A stretch of 64,000 nucleotides of DNA from Flavobacteriales bacterium (GTDB taxonomy: Bacteria > Bacteroidota > Bacteroidia > Flavobacteriales_D > UBA2798): assembly GCA_019694795.1 (NCBI GenBank), contig JAIBBF010000001.1, positions 2,370 to 66,369 of the forward strand, given 5' to 3'. The position numbers and the translations under genes were made by a program. Below, one piece after another: positions 37,781-48,173 of the stretch (position 1 is the stretch's first letter; every line of letters begins with the position of its first letter). Below the pieces are notes generated by a model. The model ran no database searches. It was not told where the DNA came from and saw nothing but the letters and a program-made list of their open reading frames with translations.

Positions 37781-38893
37781 CTAATCCCCATCCGTATCCT
37801 GGTAGGTTATGAGAATGCCTATTGCTCCGGGGACATCCGTTTTAAGGAGAATAAGTGCTTCCAGCAATTTGGTATAAACTACATTCATTCCGCTGACCTC
37901 ATTCACCACTGCATCACTCAAAATTCCATTGATGGCTTGCATGGAAACAATGATGTCGTTTAATTTATTTTTCACGGCCACCGATAAAGCAGATCCGTTA
38001 GAAGTTGCGCCAAGGTAATCCACATAATCATCCAAACCGGAACCGTCTATTCCGGTCCTTGATTTTCCGCAAAACACATTATTAATGGCCGAAATATGTT
38101 CTATCGCCAATTCCATAGAAAAACCTGCAAAATAGGCTTCACATTTTTCGGGAAGCGGAACATCGAGGGTTTGTTTTCCCAATGGAATACCAATGCGCGG
38201 ATTTTTGGTGATTTCATAATCATAATTCAATTGGTTGACTAAAAATCCAAGTGAACTTCCCACATCTGTTCCTAAAGAATTTACGAAGGTTGAGTAATAA
38301 TTAGAACCGGCGGGCGACCAGCCATTAACTACTGCATCAATTTTTGATTTCATTTCCAGCACCACTGCAACTAAATAATTTTTTCTTGCTGCAGCATTGG
38401 CATCAATCGTAAACGAATTCATCACCAGTGCATCATTTCCATCTCTGCGGTTCAATAAATAATCGACAGAAGGAAATCCAATGGCGTCGATATTTGCAGC
38501 TAAATTAAAATCCCAGGTTCCGGCAATTATATTGTTTTTTATTTGCACGGTATCGGTTGGAAAGGTGTTTAAATTTTGGCGAATCATCACATCAGCTGCG
38601 GGTCCAAATTCGAACATGGAACAATGCATCCAATCTTTGTAACATACTTTCCATTGATCCCGCATGGATTCGAGTCCCATTAATCCCGGAGAATTCACAA
38701 AGCTGTTGGTTAATTGAACCAGGGAATCAAGTGAAAATTGAAGCTGATTATAATTTGGAACAATAACATTTGAAGCCAGGTTATTTAACAAACCCGAACG
38801 ATCGAAATTATCCTGAAACTCATCGGTGTCGTTATTCTTTTTGCAGGAATAAAGAAGGAGAGACAGCGATGCAATGAAAAATAATTGTTTCAT
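37781..38893 (-). CDS. Imelysin (peptidase M75-like) family lipoprotein.
   Basis: Lipobox SLLLYSCKK. The size and all-helical sequence character fit. The position between DUF4856-like and HTTM genes is typical of this conserved Bacteroidota cluster. Confidence 0.6.
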   Translation of the reverse strand: MKQLFFIASLSLLLYSCKKNNDTDEFQDNFDRSGLLNNLASNVIVPNYNQLQFSLDSLVQLTNSFVNSPGLMGLESMRDQWKVCYKDWMHCSMFEFGPAADVMIRQNLNTFPTDTVQIKNNIIAGTWDFNLAANIDAIGFPSVDYLLNRRDGNDALVMNSFTIDANAAARKNYLVAVVLEMKSKIDAVVNGWSPAGSNYYSTFVNSLGTDVGSSLGFLVNQLNYDYEITKNPRIGIPLGKQTLDVPLPEKCEAYFAGFSMELAIEHISAINNVFCGKSRTGIDGSGLDDYVDYLGATSNGSALSVAVKNKLNDIIVSMQAINGILSDAVVNEVSGMNVVYTKLLEALILLKTDVPGAIGILITYQDTDGD

Positions 38894-38894
38894 T

Positions 38895-39983
38895 TTATAA
38901 TATGGTTTTGATATCGTCTAATTGGTAAATCGTGGAAATTTCATCCCTTGCACTCAACAAATCATTCATGGTAACAGCATACAAATTGCCGCCGATATAA
39001 CCCAAAATGGAAGATCGTTGTTGTGAAGTCATGGTAGCATGTGCACTGTATTTTGTTGCGTTTACAAATCCAACAAATTCCGACAGGGTATGATTTCTAA
39101 GCGCATCATCGGCGAAATAAGTCATTGCCTCATTAATTTCATGAATCGCCGCTGCAGCAATAATTTTTTCCCACCAATAAATGATCGAGGAAATTTTTTG
39201 ATCGCGTGTGGAATAATCCTGATTACTGATGGCTGCTCTTGCATGTAAAAACAAATTCATAATGGTCGCATTCGAATTTAATACCGCATCCAGATCATTG
39301 CAATATTCACCCCAGAATAAAACATCAGCGGTATTCGTTGGAAAATCAACCGGCACTCCAAAATATCCGAAGGCCTCATCGAAATGATGTTCCATAGCTG
39401 TGCCTTGTCCGGGAGTAACGGTGGAATTATCGTCGGAAGAAATATTATCTAAATAGGTATTGATAGCCTGATAATAAAACACAGCGCCCATTAATGATTT
39501 TTCAACCATTTCTGCATAATCGTAACCATTAGCTGCCAGACAATATTTTTTTAATGGATTTACATTACTGGTTACAATTCCTGCAACGCCATTGGAACCA
39601 CTCACGGATGATTGCGAAGCGATGGCCATACTATCCATATAGGATTCTACCAAGGGCTGATCGGGTAAAAAGAATTTATCCTTTAACTGCTTACCGCAAT
39701 TATTCAAAACGGTATCCGAAAAAGGAGAAGCCGTGTTGGAAAACATATTTTTCATCACCTGTGCATCCACCACTGTTCCAGCATTGGCCGAACTTTTCAT
39801 GTAGGTCACCAATTCATCCGCCATCGCCAGGCGATAGGTTTGACCGGAATAATTGACATTATTAAACGTGTATTGTGTGGGGACCGAATAACCTGAATCG
39901 GGCAGGGAATCCGGGTCCTTTTTACAGGAAACAAAGGCAAAAACGATTGCCAAACAACTGTATTTGAATATATTGTATCTCAT
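38895..39983 (-). CDS. DUF4856-like lipoprotein.
   Basis: Lipobox FAFVSCKK. It is the first gene of the tightly packed four-gene operon. The assignment comes from context and sequence character, not from a search. Confidence 0.5.
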   Translation of the reverse strand: MRYNIFKYSCLAIVFAFVSCKKDPDSLPDSGYSVPTQYTFNNVNYSGQTYRLAMADELVTYMKSSANAGTVVDAQVMKNMFSNTASPFSDTVLNNCGKQLKDKFFLPDQPLVESYMDSMAIASQSSVSGSNGVAGIVTSNVNPLKKYCLAANGYDYAEMVEKSLMGAVFYYQAINTYLDNISSDDNSTVTPGQGTAMEHHFDEAFGYFGVPVDFPTNTADVLFWGEYCNDLDAVLNSNATIMNLFLHARAAISNQDYSTRDQKISSIIYWWEKIIAAAAIHEINEAMTYFADDALRNHTLSEFVGFVNATKYSAHATMTSQQRSSILGYIGGNLYAVTMNDLLSARDEISTIYQLDDIKTIL

Positions 39984-40016
39984 GATGATTTATTTAGACT
40001 TATTTTAAATTAGGGT

Positions 40017-40024
40017 CAAAAATA
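40017..40024 (-). promoter_or_regulatory. -7 promoter box (TATTTTTG on the minus strand) for the DUF4856-imelysin-HTTM-TonB operon.
   Basis: Exact TAnnTTTG match 33 nt upstream of the start at 39983. Confidence 0.35.
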
Positions 40025-40078
40025 AGCGCCGTCTCTACATCATGAAATACCTAAAACAGGGTATTTTAGAAAGTAAAG

Positions 40079-40086
40079 TACATTTG
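40079..40086 (+). promoter_or_regulatory. -7 promoter box (TACATTTG) upstream of the nitroreductase gene.
   Basis: Exact TAnnTTTG match 17 nt before the ATG at 40104. Confidence 0.4.
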
Positions 40087-40103
40087 CACAAAAAACAGCA
40101 ACC

Positions 40104-40697
40104 ATGCGCTACAATTTAAGTGAGATCACCGCCGTAATTCAGGATAGAAGAACCATTGCGCCTGAGTTTTTTTCTGATAGAAAAGTACCACGCGAAATCA
40201 TAGAAAAGGTATTAAACAATGCCATTTGGGCCCCTAATCATGGCATGACCCAACCCTGGAGATTCAAAGTAATGCGAGGATCGGCCATTGATTCTTTTGC
40301 TGCATTTCAGGCTGATCACTACCGTGAAATTACACCCGAAAGCGAATTCGATCAGGGTAAATACGATAAATTGCGGAGTCGTCCATTGTTATCGTCGGTG
40401 ATTATTGCCATCTGCATGAAACGAAACGAGGCAGGGAAAGTCCCCGAAATTGAAGAAGTAGAAGCAGTGGCATGTGCCGTACAAAACATGTATTTAACCT
40501 GTACAGCATATGGATTAGGTGCTTATTGGGGAAGTGGAGGAGTTACCTATACAGAGGGGATGAAATCGTTTTTGGGATTAAGTGAAAAGGATAAATGCCT
40601 TGGCTTTTTTTATATCGGATATCCAAAAGTGGAATGGCCAAAAGGACAGCGCAGACCCATTGAGTATGTTACCGAATGGCAAGGTGAAGAAGATTAA
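40104..40697 (+). CDS. Nitroreductase family protein.
   Basis: The sequence contains RRTIAPEFF...NAIWAPNHGMTQPWRFKV...AVQNMYLTCTAYGLG. The protein is 197 aa. Confidence 0.8.
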   Translation: MRYNLSEITAVIQDRRTIAPEFFSDRKVPREIIEKVLNNAIWAPNHGMTQPWRFKVMRGSAIDSFAAFQADHYREITPESEFDQGKYDKLRSRPLLSSVIIAICMKRNEAGKVPEIEEVEAVACAVQNMYLTCTAYGLGAYWGSGGVTYTEGMKSFLGLSEKDKCLGFFYIGYPKVEWPKGQRRPIEYVTEWQGEED

Positions 40698-40699
40698 TC

Positions 40700-41044
40700 A
40701 TGGAAGATATTTTCAGAATTACCAATTATTATGATCATCCTTCGGATGAAAACTATATTGTTGTTCACTATTTAAAAGAAGAACAATCGAAGCTATTTAA
40801 GTCCTACCTGGAAGAAGAAAAAATTAGCTTCGAAGATTTTGTGGATACCGATGGTGCAAATCCGATTTATCTTTTTGCCATTCACAGAAGGCACAGAAGA
40901 AAAATTGAACATTTAAATTTTCTCACCCTCGGAAAAACAAGGTCGCCATTTGTCCCCAACAAAACATTCCGCTGGTTTTTAATCCTGTTGTTTTTCCTCA
41001 TCATTATTTTATCCCTTATTGGTTATTATTCCAAAGTGGGATGA
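40700..41044 (+). CDS. Hypothetical tail-anchored membrane protein (114 aa).
   Basis: ORF track. C-terminal TM helix FRWFLILLFFLIIILSLIGYY. Confidence 0.5.
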   Translation: MEDIFRITNYYDHPSDENYIVVHYLKEEQSKLFKSYLEEEKISFEDFVDTDGANPIYLFAIHRRHRRKIEHLNFLTLGKTRSPFVPNKTFRWFLILLFFLIIILSLIGYYSKVG

Positions 41045-41066
41045 ATTTCTTATCTTGTACACTCTC

Positions 41067-42206
41067 ATGTTGCGGATAAGTCTTTTTTTAATCTTCTGTC
41101 TAAGTTTTCTGTTTTCGTTTAAAACAGACGAATTACCTTTTTATCTTCCGGGGCAGAATGATACATTAATGGCCACCGTTAGTTACGGTGATGATTATTT
41201 ACTAAACGGCCGGGCCGACCTCAGCGAAGAGGAATTGAATCATCTAATCGATTCTTTAAAGTCAATTCCCACCCAGGTGAAAACGGTAAGTGATTTATTG
41301 TTTTTTAAATCGGTGCGAAAAAAATCGCCGGAGGAAATTGAAATCACTCTGGATTCATTGTTTAAACTCGATACTATTCCATATGGTTTAATCAATGAAC
41401 TCAATTTATGGCTGGTCAATTATTCACCTCCTGCCTTACCTGAAAAAATTCTGACCATCCATCCTTCCAAAGAAAAATCCAAGCACCCTTCGGGTGAAAC
41501 CTATGCCGGTGAGTGGAATATTCATCATCCCTTTAATTATTCGAACGATTTACTGCTGAACGACTCCACCTTTTACATTCCTCTAACTGAAAACTGCTCT
41601 TTTCATCACCCGGTGAGCCGGCAAAGCATAGAAAAATACGGAGGTAAAATCGGATCGCCATTTGGGTGGAGGGATGGTAAAAATCACAATGGTGTAGATG
41701 TGGAATTAGACCAATGGGATACCGTACAAAATGCTTTCGACGGCACAGTTCGTTTTGCAAAAATGTATAGTGGTTACGGAAAAGTGGTAGTGGTGCGTCA
41801 CCCTAACGGTTTAGAAACGCTTTATGCCCACTTGGCGCGCATCAATGTGAAGAGTGGTCAGCATATTAAAGCTGGCGATGTAATTGGCCTTGGAGGAAGT
41901 ACCGGAAATTCCACCGGCAGTCATTTGCATTTCGAAATCCGTTACAAAGGTGTTCCATTGAATCCTGCCAATGTAATCGACTTCAACGAAAAAAAATTAT
42001 TGAGTGATACCTTACTGATACGCAAAATGAAAAATGCATTGGTTTGCATTCCTGTTGGTGTAAATTATCACACGGTGGAACGAGGAGATTACCTGAGAAA
42101 AATTGCTCAACGGTATGGCATATCGGTAAATGAATTATGTTTGATGAACAATATTTCATCCGGAACACGGTTAAGAATAGGACAAAAACTGAGAGTGAGT
42201 AATTAA
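41067..42206 (+). CDS. M23 family metallopeptidase with a C-terminal LysM domain.
   Basis: M23 motifs HNGVDV and GSTGNSTGSHLHFEIRYKGVPLNP. LysM segment YHTVERGDYLRKIAQRYGISVNELCLMNNI. I prefer the ATG at 41067 over the TTG at 41019. Confidence 0.85.
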   Translation: MLRISLFLIFCLSFLFSFKTDELPFYLPGQNDTLMATVSYGDDYLLNGRADLSEEELNHLIDSLKSIPTQVKTVSDLLFFKSVRKKSPEEIEITLDSLFKLDTIPYGLINELNLWLVNYSPPALPEKILTIHPSKEKSKHPSGETYAGEWNIHHPFNYSNDLLLNDSTFYIPLTENCSFHHPVSRQSIEKYGGKIGSPFGWRDGKNHNGVDVELDQWDTVQNAFDGTVRFAKMYSGYGKVVVVRHPNGLETLYAHLARINVKSGQHIKAGDVIGLGGSTGNSTGSHLHFEIRYKGVPLNPANVIDFNEKKLLSDTLLIRKMKNALVCIPVGVNYHTVERGDYLRKIAQRYGISVNELCLMNNISSGTRLRIGQKLRVSN

Positions 42207-42937
42207 TGATTCGGCGTGCTGCATTTTTCTTATTTCTTTTAGCGCAATTCCACGGATTTGCACAGGAGCAGCTCATTACTGTTGGTATGCAGTATAAACC
42301 CATATTTGCCAGTAAATTTTTTGGAGCTGGTGAGGTAAGCGCGAGTGATTCGAATTTTACCGTAAGTGTAAAACCGACATGGGGACATAGCTATGGCATG
42401 ATTATCCGCAGAGGATTTACCAAAACCATTTCGCTTGAAACCGGTATTAATTATGTGCGCCGCCGCTATGGAATGAGCTGTACCGACACCGATTCGGGCT
42501 TTACGGATAAATCGGATTTCTCGATTATTTCCTATGAAATTCCAACTCAAATGTTGATTTATGTTCGTCTCGGCGAACGGTTCTACATGAACAATGCCTT
42601 TGGACTTTCACTCACCGCTTTCGCCAGTGATGTTGAGTCGCATGGTACGGACCAGCGTTTTTTCCAGTATTCACGAATGACCACCAACTTTTTAAGTGCT
42701 GCATTAATTGCCAATGTGGGTTTTGAATACCGAAGCAAAAAAGCCGGATTTTATTATTTGGGCGCCTCTTTTCATAAACCCGTAAAAAACATAGCCAATT
42801 CCTACGCCACCTATAATCAGGACCCATTCCGCAGCCACACTGCATTTTTCGACCTCACGGGAACTTATTTAACGGTCGATTTGCGCTATTTCTTCCATGA
42901 AGCGCCCGTAAAACCTAAAAAGAAAAAGAAAAGCTGA
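42206..42937 (+). CDS. Hypothetical outer-membrane beta-barrel-like protein with a Lys-rich tail.
   Basis: TAATG overlap with the M23 gene. Signal peptide MIRRAAFFLFLLAQFHGFAQ. Alternating beta-strand-like pattern. It ends in KPKKKKKS. Confidence 0.5.
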   Translation: MIRRAAFFLFLLAQFHGFAQEQLITVGMQYKPIFASKFFGAGEVSASDSNFTVSVKPTWGHSYGMIIRRGFTKTISLETGINYVRRRYGMSCTDTDSGFTDKSDFSIISYEIPTQMLIYVRLGERFYMNNAFGLSLTAFASDVESHGTDQRFFQYSRMTTNFLSAALIANVGFEYRSKKAGFYYLGASFHKPVKNIANSYATYNQDPFRSHTAFFDLTGTYLTVDLRYFFHEAPVKPKKKKKS

Positions 42938-43057
42938 CGAAAATCTGTCCTTTTCCCTCTCATTTTCATCATCTAAAGCATGGAATCTGACCAATTTTGG
43001 TGTTCTTTGTTTTATATTTATCGTCTTAATTCCTGAATCTCTAAAGGATAAGAATTT

Positions 43058-46000
43058 ATGCTGAATAGAATTTCCATTTTACTGGCCGGCTTTTGTTTCA
43101 TTTTTATACAAAACCTTAAAGCTGCCGACTTGTATGTTACCAATACCAACGACGCCGGTGCGGGCTCATTGCGGGCTCAAATTGCTGCAGCTGCTGCGGG
43201 CGATCGGGTAATCATTGATATTAAGGGGACGATTAATTTATTGTCGCCTATTACCATTACCACTACGGTGATGGTTCATGGTCCCTTCCCTGCGCATTGC
43301 AATATTAATTCCTCCAGCATTGGTATTACCAACCATGCTTTCATTGTACAAAGCGGAACCTTAATGTTACGTGGAGTAGCCGTTACCAATACGGCATCAA
43401 GTTCTGATGTAGGAGGAATTTATGTGATGGCAGGTGCAGGTTTACAAATCGACGATTGTGTAATTGAAGGTCAAACCAGCTTTGTTGGAGCGGGAATTAA
43501 ATCACTAGGTTCTGTACTAGCAAACAATGTTTCATTCGTGAATAACATTACCGGCAACGATGGTGGCGGTATTTGGTTTAATACTGCTTCTGCATCCGGT
43601 ACATTGGTGAATTGTACTTTTTCAGGCAACGGATCAACAGGTGGTCACGGCGGTGGCGTGTATGCAGGGAATGGTGCGAATATTACCATCCGCAATTGCA
43701 CGTTCAAAGGAAACAGCGTGGCCGGAGTTGGAGATGATCTGGCTTATGGGTCTGCCGGTACCACAGTAAAACTTCATAATTGTATTTTCGATAGCAACCT
43801 TGCCAATTCTATTTCCAATTCAGGAGGACCCAACATTACATCACTCGGTGGAAATGTTTTTGGTATAAACAACCCGGGATTTATCACTACCGCCGCTAAT
43901 GATATTTTTTCTGCAACACTTCTTAGTTTAGCTCCGCTCAAAACCGATGGATACGGATTAAAATACCATTTAATTACTTCACAATTGTCGCCAGCGGTTG
44001 ACAATGGTACAACGGGTTCTTTACCACTTACAGATTGCCGAAGAGCTCCGAGAACCTTGTATGGTGACAGCGGTTTAAATCCGGATGCAGGTGCTGTTGA
44101 ATTCACACCTTTTTCTGTAATAAATGCCTTTGCTACAGGTGCAGGATCGTTTACAGATGCTGTAACCAGCATAAACATAACTTCCTTTCCTCCGCCCTAC
44201 TTTATTGATTTCCGAATCTCGCTTACACCAACTATCAATTTGGGTGTTCCCATTTCATTGAGTAAACAAATGATTATTGATGGTTATTCTCAGGAAGGAT
44301 CTTTAATTGGCGGACCCGGTACAACACCGAATACGTTGGTTACGCTTACGCCATCTGTTACACTCGACGGAGGTGGAAGTACTGCTGTAGGTTTAGTGGT
44401 GAGTAATGGCGCCTCCGGAAGTAAAATCATGGGATTGAAAGTCCAGAATTTCTCTCAACAGGGAATTTTATTATCCAGCAATAACGGAACGCAGGTATTG
44501 GGATGTATGTTAATTGATAACGACATCCGCGGTATTGAAATCAATGCAGGAAGTGCGAATATGGTTGGCGATAGTGCTTATCATTTTACCAATATGATTT
44601 CGGGTAACACTTCAAGCGGAGTTATGATTTTTAATTCCCCCAACAATATGGTGCGCAACAATTTGATTGGAACCAATGCCAATGGAACTGCTGCCTATGG
44701 AAATCAATTGTCGGGTGTAGAAATTTTTGGAAATACGGCCACGGGAAATATGATTGGTGGTCAACATAAAAAAGATCATTTCAACATCATCAGCGGGAGC
44801 ACAAGCAATCAAGTCCTCATTAACTCGGCAGCCAACAACAATTATGTTCTTGGTAACCATATTGGAACTACATACAGTGGAATTAATTCAATCGCTGGAG
44901 GCTCTAATGGCATAATGGTAACAGCAGGTGCAGGATTTAATTTTTTAGGAGGCGGCAGCTCTGAAGATTACAATGTAATTTGTGCACAAACCAATGCGGG
45001 AATATTTTTAGATAACTCTTCCGGTAATGTCATCATCAACAATTACATTGGATACTCCCCTTTTCCATCACCTGCACAGATTTCCAATAACTCGGGTATT
45101 ATTCTGGAAGGAACAGGAAGTGTAAACAACACCATCGGAACTGCGGCTAAGCGGAATTATGTTTGCGGCAATACAGGCTCAGGGATGAAACTGAATAATG
45201 GTGCCAATGGAAATTCATTTACCAATAATTTTATTGGCATCAACCATTTAAATGCCATTATGGGGAATAGCGGAGAAGGAATTCTGATTCAGAATAATTC
45301 TCCTGGTAATTCCATCGGAACTGCCAACGGCGGAAATTTTATTGGCGGAAATGGTTCAACAGGTATCTCCTTATTTGGATCACGTTCCAACAACGTCATC
45401 AATAATACGATCGGGATGGACTCCACCAGAACGCTTGCACGAGCAAATAATCTGGATGGAATTTCATTAAATTCGGTGAGTAACAACAATACCATCAACG
45501 GAAATTTTATGAGTTTCAATCTCGATCAGGGAATTGAAATTAACTCCGATTCTTGTCTCGTTTTAAACAACATCATTGGTACAGATATTTCCGGTACACT
45601 TTCTATGGGTAATGGTGGCGGAGGAATTGTGATCTCCGGTAATGCCAACCGTATTGGCGACGGAGCCGTTGGCGACAATACCATTGCATTCAATACCGGA
45701 GCAGGAGTAGTTGTTTCTTCCGGAATTTCGAATTCCATTATCAAAAACAAAATCTATTCGAATACACAATTAGGAATTGATTTAAATGGTAACGGCGTAA
45801 CAGCCAATGACCCGACCGATTCAGACAATGGTCCGAATAATTTATTAAATTTCCCTGATGCCTTAATTGCCGTTCAATGTGGTGCGGGAGTAAATATTGC
45901 CGGATCATTTTACGGAAATGCCGGAATTACCTACCGAATCGATTTTTACCAATTAAACGCCAGTGATCCGAGTGGATATGGAGAAGGTGATTTATGGTTA

Positions 46001-48157
46001 AATTCTATTTTAGTTACTCCAAGTGTTACCGGAACAAATACATTTACCTATGCGCATGCAGCAACATTGCCATTGGGCACATTAATTTCCGCGACACTTT
46101 CAGAACAAGTTGGTGCAGGTGGTTATTATCACACTTCCGAGTTTTCTGCGGTGGTCACTGTTGAACCCGGTATGTCTGGCAGCACTGCTACAGCAACCAA
46201 CATCTCTTGTTTTGGAGCTAACGATGGTGAAGCGATTGCTGTTGCTAATGGGGGATTAGGTCCTTACACTTTCGATTGGTACAATTCCTCTAATACATCT
46301 ATTGGAGTGTTTAATGATACAGCTTCAAATCTTGCTTCTGATACCTATTTGTGTATTATCATTGATGCAACTGGTTGTGCAGATACAACCAATACCGTTA
46401 CCATTACAGAACCAGCTGCATTAACTGCAGTGCCCACTTCTACCAATCCGGTTTGTAACGGCGATTGCAACGGGACCATCACCATTGCTGCGGCTGGAGG
46501 AACTGCACCCATTCAATATTCCATTGATGGAGGAAGTACTTATTTTACCAGTTCCCTTTTCAACTCCTTGTGCGCCGGAAATTACAATCAAATACAAGTA
46601 ATCGATGCCAATGGCTGTACACAATTGGCAACGGCAATTAGCCTTGTTGATCCACCTGCTCTTGTAGTGAGTTTTACCACGAGTGATGAAAGTTGTTCCA
46701 ATGCATGTGATGGATCAATTACCATGACTGTCACATCAGGTGTAACACCCTATCTTTACAGTATAGATGGCGGGTCCACCTTCTTTGGAACGTCAACCTT
46801 CAATGCATTATGTGCAGGAGTATATTCCTGTGTTGTTACAGATGGAGGAGGTTGTTCTGCTACTTCTTCCGAAACGATTTCTACCGGTTTAATCATCACC
46901 GCGAATGCAGGTGCCGACGCATCCGTATGCCCGGGTGCAAGTTATACGCTTGATGGTAGTGCAAGTGTAAATGGTATGACCTATTCCTGGTTTGATGTGA
47001 GTGCCGGATCGATGATTGGTAGTACAGCAACAACCAATATTAGTCCTACAGCAACCGGAAATTATGCTTTGGTTATTTCCAATGGCGGATGCAGTGATAT
47101 GGATACCGTTTTAATTACGCTCTTAACCGCAGAGAATCCGGATGTACAATATGCATTTATTGTTAACGACACCGTAGTATCCTGCGAATCTGGTCCTGCT
47201 TTTAATCCTACGAGTATTGCTACACCGGGAGGAACGTTTACAGTAAGCGGATTATCCATCAATCCTTCTACGGGAAATGTTACCGTTAGCGGTGCACCTT
47301 ACAACCAGTATAACATTATTTACACTACGCCAACTTGTGCGCAAACTGACACCATTTATTTATTCGTTTTACCGGATCCAACTCCACCTGTTTCTACACA
47401 ATATGATTATATCATTTGCCAGGGAGATCCGGTGCCTACTTTAACTACAGATCCAACCGGTGTAGTAGGCGCAATGGTTTGGTATAACAACGCTAATCTG
47501 AATATTCCCGTTCAATTCGGATATAACTATACTCCTGCGAATGTAGTTTCAGGTTATAACGATTATTTTGCTGCTATTTCCTACGCAAACTGCAAAAGTA
47601 CCGGAACACAATTTTCAATTTCCATGGTAGATGCATCGCTTATCAATGATGGAGGTCCATATACAACTTGTCCCGATCAACCGGTGCAGATTTCATTAAG
47701 TGCCATTGCCGGAACAATCGGATCCATTTTATGGACACCAAGTGCAGGTTTGTCGGACAGCACCATTACCAATCCCATTGCTGTTTTAAACCAGACACAA
47801 ACATTTTACTTTACAACAGATATTGGTGGCTGTTCAATCACCGATTCCGTTACTGTACAAGTGAATTCAGATCCGAGTTGCATATTCGACGAAATGTATA
47901 ATGCATTTAGTCCGGACGATGATGGGGTAAACGACACCTGGATTATTCCAGCCGTAGTTCAAAATCCGAATAACAAAGTAATCATCTTTAACCGCTGGGG
48001 GAATGAATTGGTATCCTTCGACAATTACGATAATGTGAGCGTAGTTTGGGATGGAACATATAAAAATGAAAAATTACCAAGCGGCACCTATTTCTATGTG
48101 ATAAAATATATTGATGTGGATCGTCAATATTCCGGATGGGTACAATTAACGCGATAA
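43058..48157 (+). CDS. Large (1,699 aa) parallel beta-helix repeat / SprB-repeat adhesin with a T9SS type-B (CHU_C) sorting domain.
   Basis: Signal peptide. About 900 aa of N-G-I / G-N-I-G beta-helix-type repeats. SprB-type repeats occur around 46190..46930 (NISCFGANDGEA...GGLGPYTFDW). The C-terminus reads YNAFSPDDDGVNDTWIIP...FNRWGNELV...WDGTYKNEKLPSGTYFYVIKY. Confidence 0.85.
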   Translation: MLNRISILLAGFCFIFIQNLKAADLYVTNTNDAGAGSLRAQIAAAAAGDRVIIDIKGTINLLSPITITTTVMVHGPFPAHCNINSSSIGITNHAFIVQSGTLMLRGVAVTNTASSSDVGGIYVMAGAGLQIDDCVIEGQTSFVGAGIKSLGSVLANNVSFVNNITGNDGGGIWFNTASASGTLVNCTFSGNGSTGGHGGGVYAGNGANITIRNCTFKGNSVAGVGDDLAYGSAGTTVKLHNCIFDSNLANSISNSGGPNITSLGGNVFGINNPGFITTAANDIFSATLLSLAPLKTDGYGLKYHLITSQLSPAVDNGTTGSLPLTDCRRAPRTLYGDSGLNPDAGAVEFTPFSVINAFATGAGSFTDAVTSINITSFPPPYFIDFRISLTPTINLGVPISLSKQMIIDGYSQEGSLIGGPGTTPNTLVTLTPSVTLDGGGSTAVGLVVSNGASGSKIMGLKVQNFSQQGILLSSNNGTQVLGCMLIDNDIRGIEINAGSANMVGDSAYHFTNMISGNTSSGVMIFNSPNNMVRNNLIGTNANGTAAYGNQLSGVEIFGNTATGNMIGGQHKKDHFNIISGSTSNQVLINSAANNNYVLGNHIGTTYSGINSIAGGSNGIMVTAGAGFNFLGGGSSEDYNVICAQTNAGIFLDNSSGNVIINNYIGYSPFPSPAQISNNSGIILEGTGSVNNTIGTAAKRNYVCGNTGSGMKLNNGANGNSFTNNFIGINHLNAIMGNSGEGILIQNNSPGNSIGTANGGNFIGGNGSTGISLFGSRSNNVINNTIGMDSTRTLARANNLDGISLNSVSNNNTINGNFMSFNLDQGIEINSDSCLVLNNIIGTDISGTLSMGNGGGGIVISGNANRIGDGAVGDNTIAFNTGAGVVVSSGISNSIIKNKIYSNTQLGIDLNGNGVTANDPTDSDNGPNNLLNFPDALIAVQCGAGVNIAGSFYGNAGITYRIDFYQLNASDPSGYGEGDLWLNSILVTPSVTGTNTFTYAHAATLPLGTLISATLSEQVGAGGYYHTSEFSAVVTVEPGMSGSTATATNISCFGANDGEAIAVANGGLGPYTFDWYNSSNTSIGVFNDTASNLASDTYLCIIIDATGCADTTNTVTITEPAALTAVPTSTNPVCNGDCNGTITIAAAGGTAPIQYSIDGGSTYFTSSLFNSLCAGNYNQIQVIDANGCTQLATAISLVDPPALVVSFTTSDESCSNACDGSITMTVTSGVTPYLYSIDGGSTFFGTSTFNALCAGVYSCVVTDGGGCSATSSETISTGLIITANAGADASVCPGASYTLDGSASVNGMTYSWFDVSAGSMIGSTATTNISPTATGNYALVISNGGCSDMDTVLITLLTAENPDVQYAFIVNDTVVSCESGPAFNPTSIATPGGTFTVSGLSINPSTGNVTVSGAPYNQYNIIYTTPTCAQTDTIYLFVLPDPTPPVSTQYDYIICQGDPVPTLTTDPTGVVGAMVWYNNANLNIPVQFGYNYTPANVVSGYNDYFAAISYANCKSTGTQFSISMVDASLINDGGPYTTCPDQPVQISLSAIAGTIGSILWTPSAGLSDSTITNPIAVLNQTQTFYFTTDIGGCSITDSVTVQVNSDPSCIFDEMYNAFSPDDDGVNDTWIIPAVVQNPNNKVIIFNRWGNELVSFDNYDNVSVVWDGTYKNEKLPSGTYFYVIKYIDVDRQYSGWVQLTR
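47890..48154 (+). other. Type-B T9SS sorting domain of the beta-helix adhesin.
   Basis: See the C-terminal motif quoted above. Confidence 0.75.
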
Positions 48158-48173
48158 AAAACAGTAATCATCA

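Noticed and set aside
39984-40103. A possible Fur box upstream of the imelysin/TonB operon.
   Set aside because: The AT-rich stretch atgatgatttatttag does not match the 19-bp Fur palindrome convincingly, so no call was made.
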